This document shows positions 32,601 to 43,236 of a stretch of 64,000 nt of DNA, one piece after another. The notes beneath the pieces are model-generated. The model made no database searches and was not told the origin of the DNA. It worked only from the letters and a program-made list of their open reading frames with translations. The stretch's first letter is position 1. The number at the start of each line of letters is the position of its first letter. The position numbers and the translations under genes are program-made. Where the stretch lies: NCBI RefSeq assembly GCF_000142905.1, contig NW_013657662.1, positions 1 to 64,000 on the forward strand, given 5' to 3'. This DNA comes from Thecamonas trahens ATCC 50062 (lineage: Eukaryota > Protista > Apusomonadida).

Positions 32601-33969
32601 TTGGCGTCGAGCCGTCGAGCGTGTAGAAAAGGATGGTGTCATTGGCGGCGGTAGCAGCAGTCGTGATGTTGACAGTGAGGCTGGCGACCGGGTGCGAGCC
32701 GGGCAATGGCACAAAGAGCGGTGGCGCGCTCCGGCCCTCGATCTCAGCAAGACGGAGAGCCTCGAGATTGGCGAGGTCGTCTTGCAAAGAGTCGCGGTGG
32801 AGAAACGCCGGAAGCGCGGCGAGCCAGGCGTCGCCAACAGCGGCGACAGCAAAGGCGCGCGATGAAGGCGCGGTGATACGCAAAGCGGCCCATACCGCAT
32901 CGGCGGTCTGGGCGAAGAGTCCAGGCGAGGCCGAGGCCAGGAGGGAGGCCCGCAGCGGGAGCGCACCATTGGCCTCGAGCTCGGGCGCTGCGGCATGCAG
33001 GGCCGCAATCGAACCGAGCCACGAGAGGTAGTCGAGGGCGTCGGCCGGGACAAGAGCGCGGAGCGGGATGGCGGCGGCGGTGGTGATCCCGACAACCACA
33101 CCGGGTGCTGCCGGGAAGACGCCGGCAACCAGGTCGTCGGCCGGCAGCTGGGCATCGGCAAGCAAGTGCGAAATCGAGCCGCAGACGGCAAAAGCCGCGT
33201 TGGATGCGAGCGCAGCAGCCGAGAATGAGAGCTCCGAGAGGAAGCCGTCAAGATCACTCGCGGCAGATGAGAGGACATCGGTCATCTCGGGACCGTCAAA
33301 AGGGAGCTTGCCGGCCCGAAAGCTGGCATAGTCGTCGGGCTCGAGGCCAGCAGCGAGGATCGAGTCGATGGCAAAGGTTGGCGAGCGTGAGTCAAGCGCC
33401 AGACACGCGGCGTGGCCGCCAACATCGGGAAGGCTGCGAAAGCTGGTGCAACTGGCCTTGAGCTGGAGCAGCGAGTCTGGGAAAGACGAGAGGCCGAGCC
33501 TCTCCAGCTGGGTCTTCGTGGTCACGCACATTAAAGGCTCGATCCACAGAGGAAGGGCAAGGCGGCGCGAGCGATCGACGGCGGTAGCGGCATAATCGGC
33601 CAACCCGGCAGGCAGCTCGGCGCCCAAGTTCAGCGTGTCAGCGACGGCCGTCACATCGCGCAAGACCGCGTCCGAGACCAGATAGTCGAGCGGAGGGCCA
33701 TCAAAGTACGGGACTACGTCCGGAGTCAGAAGTGATGCGATCCATGGCTCGTAGGCGGAAGGAAGGGCGGGACATGACTCGAAAGCCAGGGTGACATTGA
33801 GGCCGGTGGCCGTGTGGGCTTGTTCCGCAAGGGCAGCGGGCCAGAACTTGCATGCCACCTGAGAGAGCGATGCCGCGGATCCTGGTCGTGCGCATGCAAG
33901 AGCAAGAGCAAATAATAATACATGGATCCACCATGTCACGGACCTTGCAACTCTTGTAGCCTTTCCCAT
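29667..33969 (-). CDS. Paralogous receptor-like protein: SP, solute-binding domain, CHB_HEX_C/Fn3-like domain, TM, (pseudo)kinase, degenerate cyclase, (pseudo)kinase; -1 breaks at ~30363 and ~29758
   Basis: SP WWIHVLLFALALACARPGSA; RLALPLWIEPLMCVTTKTQLERLGLSSFPDSL; FYTLDGSTP; TM IALALAIFIIVIAVLVGMVALLLL-TRKRR; KGTYG..VIIK, HGSLKSLN, TDFG, WAAPE; APFGSVILV; HGSLTLGN, SAPE; corrected end LIHRCWNADPALRPSCEELLRALSAL*. Confidence 0.85.
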
Positions 33970-34195
33970 CAGCTGCCCGTGAGCTGTGTGGAGGTGGTGG
34001 TGGCGGCGTGGAGTGTCCCACAAAACGGAATGACCGCCAATTCTGCTGCTGATTGTGGGGTACGTGTTCCCCCGGCAAGCTAATTAGAGCCAACCTGTCA
34101 ACAGCCGTACACCACGTAGATGGCGAGGGCAGTCAACGCACCACAGACTGCAAGCACAACATTATCCATCGCGACGAATGTCTATGGTCAATCGT

Positions 34196-34271
34196 CCATC
34201 GAGGGCTGCGGCCCGCACCCATATCCCATCGAGGGCTGCGGCCCGCACCCATATCCCATCGAGGGCTGCGG
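34196..34271. repeat. 30-bp tandem repeat (CCATCGAGGGCTGCGGCCCGCACCCATATC) x~2.5
   Basis: Directly visible; lies between the divergent receptor and FPPS genes. Confidence 0.9.
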
Positions 34272-34886
34272 TCCTCGCCCATCGACTATCGCCCACAGCA
34301 GAGCCACAATCGCGAGCTGGTCGCGGGAGTCACCATGCCTGGGAAGCAAGACAACCACGAAAAGGCCATCATCATCGCCAGCAACGTTGGACCTTGTCAT
34401 CTTGCCCATCCACTAGTTTTCGGTTGAAAGTCACATGACATGGCATGTCTATGCACAGCAGTGATGAACTAGTCGGCCGCAATGCGAGACGGCGACGTGG
34501 CGGGTGGCGGCGAGAGACGGCGACGAACGCTCTGCTCGCCCACAGCGGCAGCGGCAACGACAGCTACACCCGACTCTACTACCCTCAAATGGATCCCCGT
34601 GTCCGCGCCCGTACCTCGCGCCTCCTTGTGCAGCTTGCCCCGAAGCAGGGTACGTGACAAGGGTGAGGGCAATGAAGAGGGTGGGGGTGAGGGTGGTGTG
34701 TGGATCGTGGCCAGTCTTGCACATTTTCGGCGACGAAGCTTGTGCTGCTGGGGAAAGGCAGGGGAGGCAGGGGGGGGAGAGGCGCAGGAAGTAAGAAAGG
34801 AAGGGGGGAGGGGGAGGGGGCTGACTCATGAAGGTGTGCGGAATGTCGGAGGGGAGGCAGCTGCTGCGACGATTGCGTATCAGGAG

Positions 34887-35927
34887 ATGAGCAAGGCGCA
34901 GAAGAAGGCGTCGTTTGAGGCGTACTACCGGCAGTTTGCGGACGAGCTTGTGGCTGAGCTGAGCGAGTTTGAGATGCCGGACGAGGCTGTGCGGTACATC
35001 AAGCGGATGATCGACTACACGCTGCCTGGCGGCAAGATGAACCGCGGGCTGTCTGTCATCACGACCTACTCGCATCTTGTGGGCAACCGGCCGCTGACCG
35101 AGGACGAGCTGTGCAAGGCGTCTGTGCTCGGGTGGTGCGTTGAGTGGCTGCAGGCGTACTTTCTGGTTGCCGACGACGTGATGGACCGGTCTGTGACTCG
35201 GCGCGACCAGCCGTGCTGGTACCTCAATGAGGACGTGGGCCTCATTGCGGTCAACGACTCGTTCATTCTCGAGTCTGGCGTGTACCGGCTGCTCAAGAAG
35301 CACTTTGAGGGCGACGCCAAGTACGCGACGTACCTCGAGCTCTTCCACGAGGTCTCGTACCAGACGCAGCTCGGGCAGCTGCTGGATCTGCGGACGTCGC
35401 CCGAGGGCTCGGGCCCGACGCTGGACAACTTTTCGCTGCACAAGCACCACCTGGTTGTCAAGTACAAGACCGCGTTCTACTCGTTCTACCTGCCTGTGGC
35501 GCTCGGCATGACCATGGCCGGCATCACCGACTCGAAGCTGTACGACACGGCCCGCGACATCCTTGTCGACATGGGCGTGTACTTCCAGGTCCAGGACGAC
35601 TTCCTTGACTGGTGGCAGGACCCCGAGGTGCTCGGCAAGGTCGGGACCGACATCCAGGACAACAAGTGCTCGTGGCCGGTCGTCACCGTGCTCGACAAGT
35701 GCTCGGCCGCCGACCGCGCCGTGCTCGAGAAGCACTACGCTCGCGACGACCCGGCCTCGGTTGAGATCGTCAAGAACCTCTACCGCAAGTACGACGTCGA
35801 GGGCGTGTACAACGCGTACCAGGACAAGATGATTGCCCAGCTCACCGCCCGCATTGCCCAGGTCACCGACCTCCCGCCGGCCATCTTTACCGACTTTCTG
35901 GACAAGATCGCGTACCGCCAGAAGTAA
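34887..35927 (+). CDS. FDPS: Farnesyl diphosphate synthase (possible upstream exon 34482-34649 via intron 34650-34883)
   Basis: GGKMNRG, FARM QAYFLVADDVMD with aromatic chain-length residues, GQLLD, YKTAFYSFYLP, SARM FQVQDDFLD, GKVGTDIQDNKCSW, C-terminal KIAYRQK. Confidence 0.96.
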   Translation: MSKAQKKASFEAYYRQFADELVAELSEFEMPDEAVRYIKRMIDYTLPGGKMNRGLSVITTYSHLVGNRPLTEDELCKASVLGWCVEWLQAYFLVADDVMDRSVTRRDQPCWYLNEDVGLIAVNDSFILESGVYRLLKKHFEGDAKYATYLELFHEVSYQTQLGQLLDLRTSPEGSGPTLDNFSLHKHHLVVKYKTAFYSFYLPVALGMTMAGITDSKLYDTARDILVDMGVYFQVQDDFLDWWQDPEVLGKVGTDIQDNKCSWPVVTVLDKCSAADRAVLEKHYARDDPASVEIVKNLYRKYDVEGVYNAYQDKMIAQLTARIAQVTDLPPAIFTDFLDKIAYRQK

Positions 35928-35955
35928 ACCCTTGCGCGCCGCGCGCCGCATACCC

Positions 35956-36744
35956 TCACTTGATGTATTTGTTGAGAAACTTGCGGTGAAACTCGTTGCG
36001 GATGGTGTCGTTGACAAAGCCCTCGTCACGCTTGACGCCCATGTCGGTCGCCTGGTTGCGGAACACGGTGTCGTCCATGAACGAGCGGCCGAGCGCAAAG
36101 TCACTGCTGCCGCTGCTACCACCGACGTTGCTGGCAGCCGCAAGCAGCTCGGCCTTGCGCTCCTCGCGCCGGGCCTGCTCCTCGCGCGCCGCCCGCTCCT
36201 TGGCTTCGGCACGGACCTTGTTGAGCTCGGCCATCAGCTGCTCCATGTCCGAGTCCGAGTCCGAGTCCGAGTCCGAGTCCGAGTCTGAGTCCAAGCCCGC
36301 TCCTGCTCCCATGCCAGCTCCTCGCGGTGCTCCTCCAGCGACGCTGCCCTCGTCCATCGCTCCGCGCCCGCCGTCGTCCGACTCCGAGTCCGAGTCGTCC
36401 GACTTGACGTCGGCGTCGACAGCAGCAAACTGGGCGAGCGCAGCAGCCTGCAGCTGCGACGGCGGCTGCGAGCCCGCGCCACTGCTGGTGGAGGAGCTAC
36501 TGCTGCTGTTGCCAGCCATGAGCCTTGCCCGCTTGCCCCGCCCCTGCCCGCCATCGTCGTCGCCGGCTCCTGCGCCCGCTCCCGCCGCCGCCTCGCGGGC
36601 CGCAAGCTCGGCCGCGAGCTCCTCACGCGACGCCGGCTTGACCTGCCCGCGCCGCCGCTTCAGCTGCGTATGGCCCGGGAGCTCCGCCTTGTGTGTTGAC
36701 ACCGTCGCCCGCACATTCCGTGCCCCTATCTTGGTGTACTCCAT
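35956..36744 (-). CDS. CWC15: Pre-mRNA splicing factor Cwc15/Cwf15
   Basis: LPGHTQLKRR, acidic linker, LMAELNKVRAE, FMDDTVFRNQA, FVNDTIRNEFHRKFLNKYIK*; start uncertain. Confidence 0.92.
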   Translation of the reverse strand: MEYTKIGARNVRATVSTHKAELPGHTQLKRRRGQVKPASREELAAELAAREAAAGAGAGAGDDDGGQGRGKRARLMAGNSSSSSSTSSGAGSQPPSQLQAAALAQFAAVDADVKSDDSDSESDDGGRGAMDEGSVAGGAPRGAGMGAGAGLDSDSDSDSDSDSDSDMEQLMAELNKVRAEAKERAAREEQARREERKAELLAAASNVGGSSGSSDFALGRSFMDDTVFRNQATDMGVKRDEGFVNDTIRNEFHRKFLNKYIK

Positions 36745-38221
36745 GCCGTCGTTGGGTGTGGCGCCTCGTCCTCGTCCGGCCGGCCAGAGTCGCCACAAGT
36801 GGGATCAGATCACTCGCCCGACTGATCGATCGGACGGCCGAGCATACCCCCGCCGCCAGGCATTCTTCCTCTCGCACCGGGCGGTACACTCACACAAGCC
36901 GACATGCTCAGGCATGGTTATGCTGAGTTACAACCGGCTCAGAGGGTGAGAGAGGCAATCAGACGCTGTTGCAAGGCGCGATCTCGTCACGTTTGATGTG
37001 GTTTTATTGTGATCACAAAAACTGGTCACTGTCCAAAGACCGCAGCCGAGCAACATGAATGCGGTGACATAGTAAGCATCACCCGATCTTCTGCGAGTAC
37101 GGCGTGTACATCACGATCGATCGATTGGACCTGCTGATTGCACGTGCCGGCCGAAGTCCAGGGATGGGGCTACGAGTTCAGGCTAATCCATGGTACGGCG
37201 TGGCGTGTTTCGGGCGCGCGCGCTGCTCTGCGCTCTATGCATGACGTCAGTGGCACCGTCAACCGACCTCATCCGTCGCTCACCGGCAGCCGCCGCGAAC
37301 GACGGTCGCCAATCACCAGCAGAGGCGGAGACCTTCCAATCGATGGCTTGAGCCAGCAGATCACATTCCGCACCCGATCCCGGCACCAGCCGGCACAGTA
37401 GCAATAGCAGCGGCAGGCCCTCGCTCGGCAGGGTCGTGATGCTCTGAAACGACCTCCTCGAGCACCTTCCTCTATGCCTGCTCCGCCATCCGTCCTGGTG
37501 GAGGCGCGTGGGTGGCACCCTCGTGAAAGTTCCAAACGACTCGGCGTCATGCAATGGAAAGAGAAGGTTTGCGCAGACAAAACCAGCTGATTCTCGACGA
37601 ATTTCGAATGTGTTCCAGAGAGCTCCAAACCCATCTCTCTCTCACTCTCGCACTCGTTCACGAACGTCCGCCTCTCGCGTCCCTTGCTAAGCTCGCTCCG
37701 CACTTGTTGTCGAAGCGTTCTCCAGTCACACCAACACACCGTCTTTTACGTGTGTGTGTGTCTCTCGGTCTCTGTCTGTTCTTTCAGTCGGACCGACCCC
37801 GTACCCCTTCTCTTTGAGCGCCTGCGCCGCCAAAGCGAAGAACACCTTCTTTCTCCCCACGACTCTGCACTTGAGCAAGCTCGTTCGGTCTCAACCTCTC
37901 CCGATCACTATGCCTCGCAAGACGGATTGTCTGGTACCCCGTCGGTACCTTCTGGCTGCTGCCCCGGTCACGGGCTCGTTCATGAGCTCGGGCAAACTTC
38001 AACCCCCAAACCAAGCAACCCCGCCGCTCGTGAGAAAGGACTACTGTACGGCCCCCCTGTGGTCAGTAGTTAATTGATCAAGAGAAGACACCACAAGCAA
38101 GCAAGAGACAGAGAACCCGGAAGACCGCAACTTCCCCGCTCGCTTCAAGCCGCACACCTCTGGACTCTCGGCACGCACACACTATCTTTATCGCTGCGTG
38201 CGCCCTCGCCTTCACCTCAAC

Positions 38222-39376
38222 ATGAGCATCCCGCATCGTCTCACTGACGAAGATGCCGTGAAGGCCCTTTCGGCTGCTGCCGCTTCGACGGCGGCGGCAT
38301 CGCCCGGCGACATTGCCCGGGCCCAGGCTGCGGCCGCCGCCCTGCCGGACCCTGTGCCGGCCGGCGAGCCGTACGACCGCACCATCGGCGCGCTGAAGGG
38401 CGTCGCCGCCTTTATCGCCAAGACCTACGCCATGGTCTCCGACTCGGTCTGCGACCACATCATCACCTGGCTGCCCGAGGGCACTTCGTTCATCGTCGTC
38501 GACGCCGACGGCCTCACTGACTCGGTCCTCGGCACCTTTTTCAAGCACTCGAACTTCCAGTCCTTTATCCGCCAGCTCAACATGTACGGCTTTCGTAAGG
38601 TCGGCGCACCCTCGCACTGGGAGTTCTACCACGACGGCTTCCGCCGCGGACGCACTTCACTGCTGCGCTACATCAAGCGCCGCCGCAAGGGCGCCGCCGC
38701 CGCCGCATCGGCCAAGGCCTCGGCCTCGGCCACCGCCCCCGCGCCTCCGCCCGCCTTTCAGCGCGAGCTCAAGGGCCTCAAGCGCCAGCGCGACGAGCTC
38801 CAGCACGAGCTCGTCTCGCTGGCATCGGCCCAGGAGGCCATGGACACCCAGCTCGCCGCCATCGCCGCCGAGAACGCTCGCCTCCGCGACGAGCTCGCTG
38901 CCTCGCACCGCGCCCACCAGGCCATGGTCGACACCGTCTCCTCCATCGTCTCGCTCCTCGGCGACAAGGCCGCACCGGCGTCGGCCACCCTCCGCGCCGC
39001 GCTCCCGCCGCTCCCGCTTGACTTTGACGACGCCGACCTGCGCCCGGCCAAGCGCGCCCGCGGCCTCGAATCGGCCGCCCTCGCGCCGGCGTCCTCGCTC
39101 GGCACGCCCACCCTTGCGCCAGCCGCCTTGGACCTGCCGCTCCCCGCCGCGCCCGCGCCCTCGCGCGCCCGCCCATCCCTTGACATCGATGCCGCGCTCG
39201 CCACCCCTGTCGGCCCCGGCCTCGACATCGCCCTCCGCTCCCCGCTCTTTGGCCTCACCCCGTCGGCGGGCCTCATGCCCATGGGCCTCTCGCCGCTTGC
39301 GGCGTCGGGCACCTCGGCCGCCGCTGACTTTTCGGCCTTTCTCTCTGACATGCTTGCCCTGCCGCCTGCGGTGTAA
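38222..39376 (+). CDS. Heat shock factor-type transcription factor
   Basis: HSF DNA-binding domain AFIAKTYAMV...FKHSNFQSFIRQLNMYGFRKV...WEFYHDGFRRG..LL.YIKRR, heptad-repeat coiled coil, basic RPAKRAR, C-terminal DFSAFLSDML. Confidence 0.93.
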   Translation: MSIPHRLTDEDAVKALSAAAASTAAASPGDIARAQAAAAALPDPVPAGEPYDRTIGALKGVAAFIAKTYAMVSDSVCDHIITWLPEGTSFIVVDADGLTDSVLGTFFKHSNFQSFIRQLNMYGFRKVGAPSHWEFYHDGFRRGRTSLLRYIKRRRKGAAAAASAKASASATAPAPPPAFQRELKGLKRQRDELQHELVSLASAQEAMDTQLAAIAAENARLRDELAASHRAHQAMVDTVSSIVSLLGDKAAPASATLRAALPPLPLDFDDADLRPAKRARGLESAALAPASSLGTPTLAPAALDLPLPAAPAPSRARPSLDIDAALATPVGPGLDIALRSPLFGLTPSAGLMPMGLSPLAASGTSAAADFSAFLSDMLALPPAV

Positions 39377-40590
39377 GCAAACCATTGGACTACCCGCGTT
39401 GTCCGCGTCCGCGCCCAGCCCGTGCCTTGTCCGCAGGCACCACGTCTTCGTGTCGTGGCAAGCCAGCGTGCAGATTGTTTCCGCTTCCAACCCAGGATGG
39501 CAGCAAGCCATGAAAAGACCTGTGGTTAAGGACCGAGCTCCAGCTCCCTGGAACATCTCGCAACAACGCAAGCACGGCGCTGCGTCGCTGTTCGCACCTT
39601 CGCGACGCATCCAACCCCGTCCGCGTGTGGCCTCCCGGCCGCGCCTCTGCCGTCTCCGTGGCATACGCCCAACGGCTTGCAGATCGTCTGTGCTGTGACC
39701 AGCTGCCTCCGCCATCTCGTGCATTTTGTATCTCTGCAGAAGCTGAGGAAGGCGGAACTGCAGCATACCGCAAGCACCAGCCTCGTCGCTCCTGACGACT
39801 CGCAACAAGGCGTGTCTCCGCGCCGCCGCACGCGCCCCCCTTTCATCCGTCAACTTTGTCCGCGCCTCCGCCAACCGGCTCCACGCCTGGCTCCACCCTT
39901 GACTATTGCAATCTCGGCTAGCATGGCTTTCGCCTGATTCCGTCGTGGATGGGATCAGGGGATCGCAGTGAGCTCGTCGAGCCAGTTGCCTTTTTTTCTC
40001 TGGTGCCTGCCTTTTAGTGGAGCCGCCCGAGCGCCCTCACTTTTGACTCTCCCTCCTGGCCTCTTGCCGGAGGTAGGTGCCATCTCGCGTCCCCGCCCGA
40101 GCCGTATCAGCACCAGGCGCTTGCAGCAACTCTGCAACGCCTGCGTGCGGGATCTGTGCCTTGTGCATCCGTGACGAACGTAAGAACGAGATGGCACCTG
40201 CCCCCTGCATCGGGTCGGGCGTCGCTGAGATTTTGATACCCCGTCGTCGGTCCGCCCGCCCGCCCGTCGTCATCCAGCCCCGCGGTGCGTCCGAGGAGTC
40301 ATTGGTTTGGCCAAGGTCTCCTCAAACGCTGCCGTGTGCCACTACTGGGTTTCTTGGTGTTTGACGCCAAGAAAGCCCGAGCCTCGTGCTCCAGCAGTGA
40401 GCAACAAGTGCTGCTGTCGACAGGCGGCGTGGACGGCAGGCCACGCCCGAGGTGCCTTCCGCTCTCCTGTACCCATTGAACACCTCCTCGCGACCAATCG
40501 TTGGACTCCTGCTGTGCAGTCACAGCTCGTTTCTTGCTTGGCCACACACACACGCACACACACACCTCTCTGTCACCAACCCTGAAAAGC

Positions 40591-41353
40591 ATGTCCGACG
40601 CCAACACCAACCCTGTCGCTGCCCCGCCCGCCGACGCCACCTCCAAGCGCGAGCGTGAGGAGACCGCAAACGAGCTCGAAGACGCTGCGCCTGCCCGCAA
40701 GAAGTTCACCTTTGTACGCTCTCGATCTTCCCCCTCCACCTCTTTGCCTGCACCTGGCCTTGCCGGTACCCATCCAGCGGGGACATGCCACCAGGCCGCC
40801 CAAACCACGACCTTTTCGGGACAGCGGACCGAAGCTTGGCTTTTTTTTTCGGCGGCGAACTCACCCCCCCCCCCCCCCCCGCTCATTGCCATAGACGCCC
40901 AAGAAGGTGCCTGGCGGGGTGGTGCCGTCGCTGATAGTTGATGGTGCGCGTGCGGCCATCGAGTTCTATGGCAAGGCCTTTGGCGCCACCTGCACCTCGG
41001 CGTACGAGGACGATGCCGAGGGCTCGGACAAGCTTCATTTTGCCGACGTGGTTGTGCCCATTGGCGGCAACGACTTCCACGTCTACATCTTTGACGACTT
41101 TCCCGAGTACAACGGTGGTAAGCCGTCGCATCCGGGCGCCGACGGCCTCAACGGCACCTCGTGCGCTGTCACACTCAACCTCATTTCCGCAGCCGACGTC
41201 AACACGTGGCACGATCGCGCTGTCGCCGCCGGTGCCACCTCGCTCCGCCCACCGGCCGACCAGCCGTGGGGTGACCGCTTTGCCCAGATCAAGGACCCGT
41301 TTGGCCACAAGTGGTCCATTTGCTCCTTTATCGAGCCGACCTCGTCCTCCTAG
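40591..41353 (+). CDS. VOC family (glyoxalase/bleomycin-resistance, PhnB-like) protein; exons 40591-40713 and 40895-41353
   Basis: GTACGC donor and TAG acceptor in phase 0; VPSLIVDGARAAIEFYGKAFGA...DQPWGDRFAQIKDPFGHKWSI. Confidence 0.88.
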
Positions 41354-41439
41354 ACCGTGCCCACCTATCAGCCACCAGCCACTGCCCACCAGCCACCGCC
41401 CACTAAACCATTTTCACCCCACTCCCCCCACCCCCCCCC

Positions 41440-43104
41440 ATGTCCACCGCTACCTGCCTAGAATGCGGCGAGGGGGCAAAGCCAACGGCCCCGCTGGTCA
41501 TGGTCTCGGGCCACCGGCTCCACAAGCTCCGCGAGTGCGTCGAGGCCTTCAAGCTCCGGTCGTCGACGTGTGCTGGCTGCGGCGCGGTGGACGAGGCCGC
41601 CACCCTTGTCGAGCCCAAGACCGGACTGTTCTGCCACAAGACTGTGGACTGTCTCTCGGCGCTCAAGGCAAAGCTTGCTGCGAGCTGCTCGAGCCACGGG
41701 TCGTCGTCGGCCACCGGTGACGGCGACGACGACGCCCCAGTTGCCAGGCCACCGACGGACGGCTCAGTCAGCTCGGACGGCTCGGACGACTCGGACTCGT
41801 CCGACGTCGACGACGATGCTGGCGGCTTTACCTCATCAGACGGGGCCGCCACTGAGGCCGGTGCCCAGGCCCAGACTGCCGCCCCGAGCTCGGTGGCCGA
41901 GGCCAAGGCGTGCGCGGCAGCCCGGCCGACCCGCTCAACGTCGGCGCATCAGGGCTCCGGCCTCGTGCTTCCGGCACTGCTCAAGGTCCATCTCCTCAAC
42001 GGCTCGTCCAAGCTGTTCCCGGTCGATCAGCTCCGCGTCCGACATGCCGACGCCCAACTCACCGCCGGGCACGTGTTCGAGGCGATGGCCGAGAAGATCG
42101 GGCTCGAGCGCCGCGAGTACGCCCTCTTTGCGCTCTTTGCCGCTACCGACGAGGAGGCGACCGCGGTCTCGTTCGACGTCGTCCTCCCGCCGGCGCTGCG
42201 GCTCGACGACCTCTGGGCCCACTTTGACGCTGCCGTTCACATGCTGCGCGGGACCCAGGCCCGCGACTCGGCGCTGCCCTTTGTCCCGCTACTCTACCTC
42301 CGCGCTCGCCCGGGCCTCGCCGTCGACGACCAGCGCAAGGCGGCCTCGCGGGCGGCGCTGACGCTGCTCTTCGAGGAGACCCTCTCCGCCGTCCTCACCT
42401 CGCAGGTCATCCTGCCCAAGTCCGAGCTCATCACCCTCGGCGCTCTCCTCATCCAGCTCTACTACGGCGACCACGACAAGAAGAAGCACCTGCCTGGCTT
42501 TTTCCGCGCTCCCTCGCTCCTCGCAGAGCTCCTCCCGCGACACGTCCTGGCCTCCTCCTCGTTTGTCTCCAAGCAGGCCGCCTGGGAGAAGAAGATGTTC
42601 AAGGCCCACTCCAAGCTTGTCGGCTACCCGCCGCTCCTGGCCAAGCTCGCCTACGACGAGCACGTTCGCTCCCTTGCCCCCTGGCTCGGCGCCGTTCTCC
42701 TGCCGGTCTCGGTCGAGTCGGCTGACCCGTCGCTCGGCAAGGCCCTCGCTGGTCCGCTCATCCTTGCCGTCCGCGACGATACCCTGTTCTTCATCTCCAC
42801 CCCAGACCCATCGGGCCTCGTCGTCTCGGCCTCCACCGCCGGCATCCGCCTCGACCGGCCCTCGGCCTCGCTCGTTCTCGCCTCGGGTGAGGTCGTCACC
42901 TTTGCCCCGCGGCCCATCAACGACATTGTCTTTGCCTTTCTCGCCCAGGCTCGTGACGCCGCTCCGCGCATCGGCGCAGATCTGGACCTCACCGCCTCAA
43001 CCCCAGCGCACCGCGCCCGCTCCGCCACCATCGCCGTCGCATCGCCTGCCGCTCTCTGCGCCGCCATCGCCTCGGCCATCCCGGCCTCGTACGCCTACCT
43101 CTGA
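41440..43104 (+). CDS. FERM-domain protein with N-terminal Cys/His (zinc-finger-like) region
   Basis: KVHLLNGSSK (F1 lobe), LGALLIQLYYGDHDKKKHLPGFF..LAELLP (talin/FRMD8-like F2 lobe); N-terminal CLEC..H..C..CAGC..CH..C. Confidence 0.8.
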   Translation: MSTATCLECGEGAKPTAPLVMVSGHRLHKLRECVEAFKLRSSTCAGCGAVDEAATLVEPKTGLFCHKTVDCLSALKAKLAASCSSHGSSSATGDGDDDAPVARPPTDGSVSSDGSDDSDSSDVDDDAGGFTSSDGAATEAGAQAQTAAPSSVAEAKACAAARPTRSTSAHQGSGLVLPALLKVHLLNGSSKLFPVDQLRVRHADAQLTAGHVFEAMAEKIGLERREYALFALFAATDEEATAVSFDVVLPPALRLDDLWAHFDAAVHMLRGTQARDSALPFVPLLYLRARPGLAVDDQRKAASRAALTLLFEETLSAVLTSQVILPKSELITLGALLIQLYYGDHDKKKHLPGFFRAPSLLAELLPRHVLASSSFVSKQAAWEKKMFKAHSKLVGYPPLLAKLAYDEHVRSLAPWLGAVLLPVSVESADPSLGKALAGPLILAVRDDTLFFISTPDPSGLVVSASTAGIRLDRPSASLVLASGEVVTFAPRPINDIVFAFLAQARDAAPRIGADLDLTASTPAHRARSATIAVASPAALCAAIASAIPASYAYL

Positions 43105-43236
43105 CCTGCCTCTGCTGATGTCCTTTGGAACTTTACAAACGCTCTCACAAAGCTGCCTTGCTCGAGCCGCGGACGCCCTTCCGTTGGCGCCCTCTCCTCC
43201 CCTCCCTCCTCCTGCTCTCATTGCCGCCACAGCCGC

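Noticed and set aside
34196-34271. 30-bp repeats as a CRISPR array
   Set aside because: Head-to-tail units with no spacers, no cas genes, eukaryotic context.
34449-36212. 587-aa minus-strand ORF over FPPS (and similar ORFs at 48023-49282, 56315-57544, 38657-39874)
   Set aside because: Antisense shadow ORFs produced by high GC3 codon bias; no domain motifs.
37070-37100. Short resemblance to 5S rRNA (GCATCACCCGATCT)
   Set aside because: Flanks do not match the 5S sequence or structure; no tRNA or rRNA could be supported anywhere in the window.
37590-37620. Heat-shock element upstream of HSF (TTC/GAA-rich stretch)
   Set aside because: Spacing does not fit alternating nGAAn pentamers.
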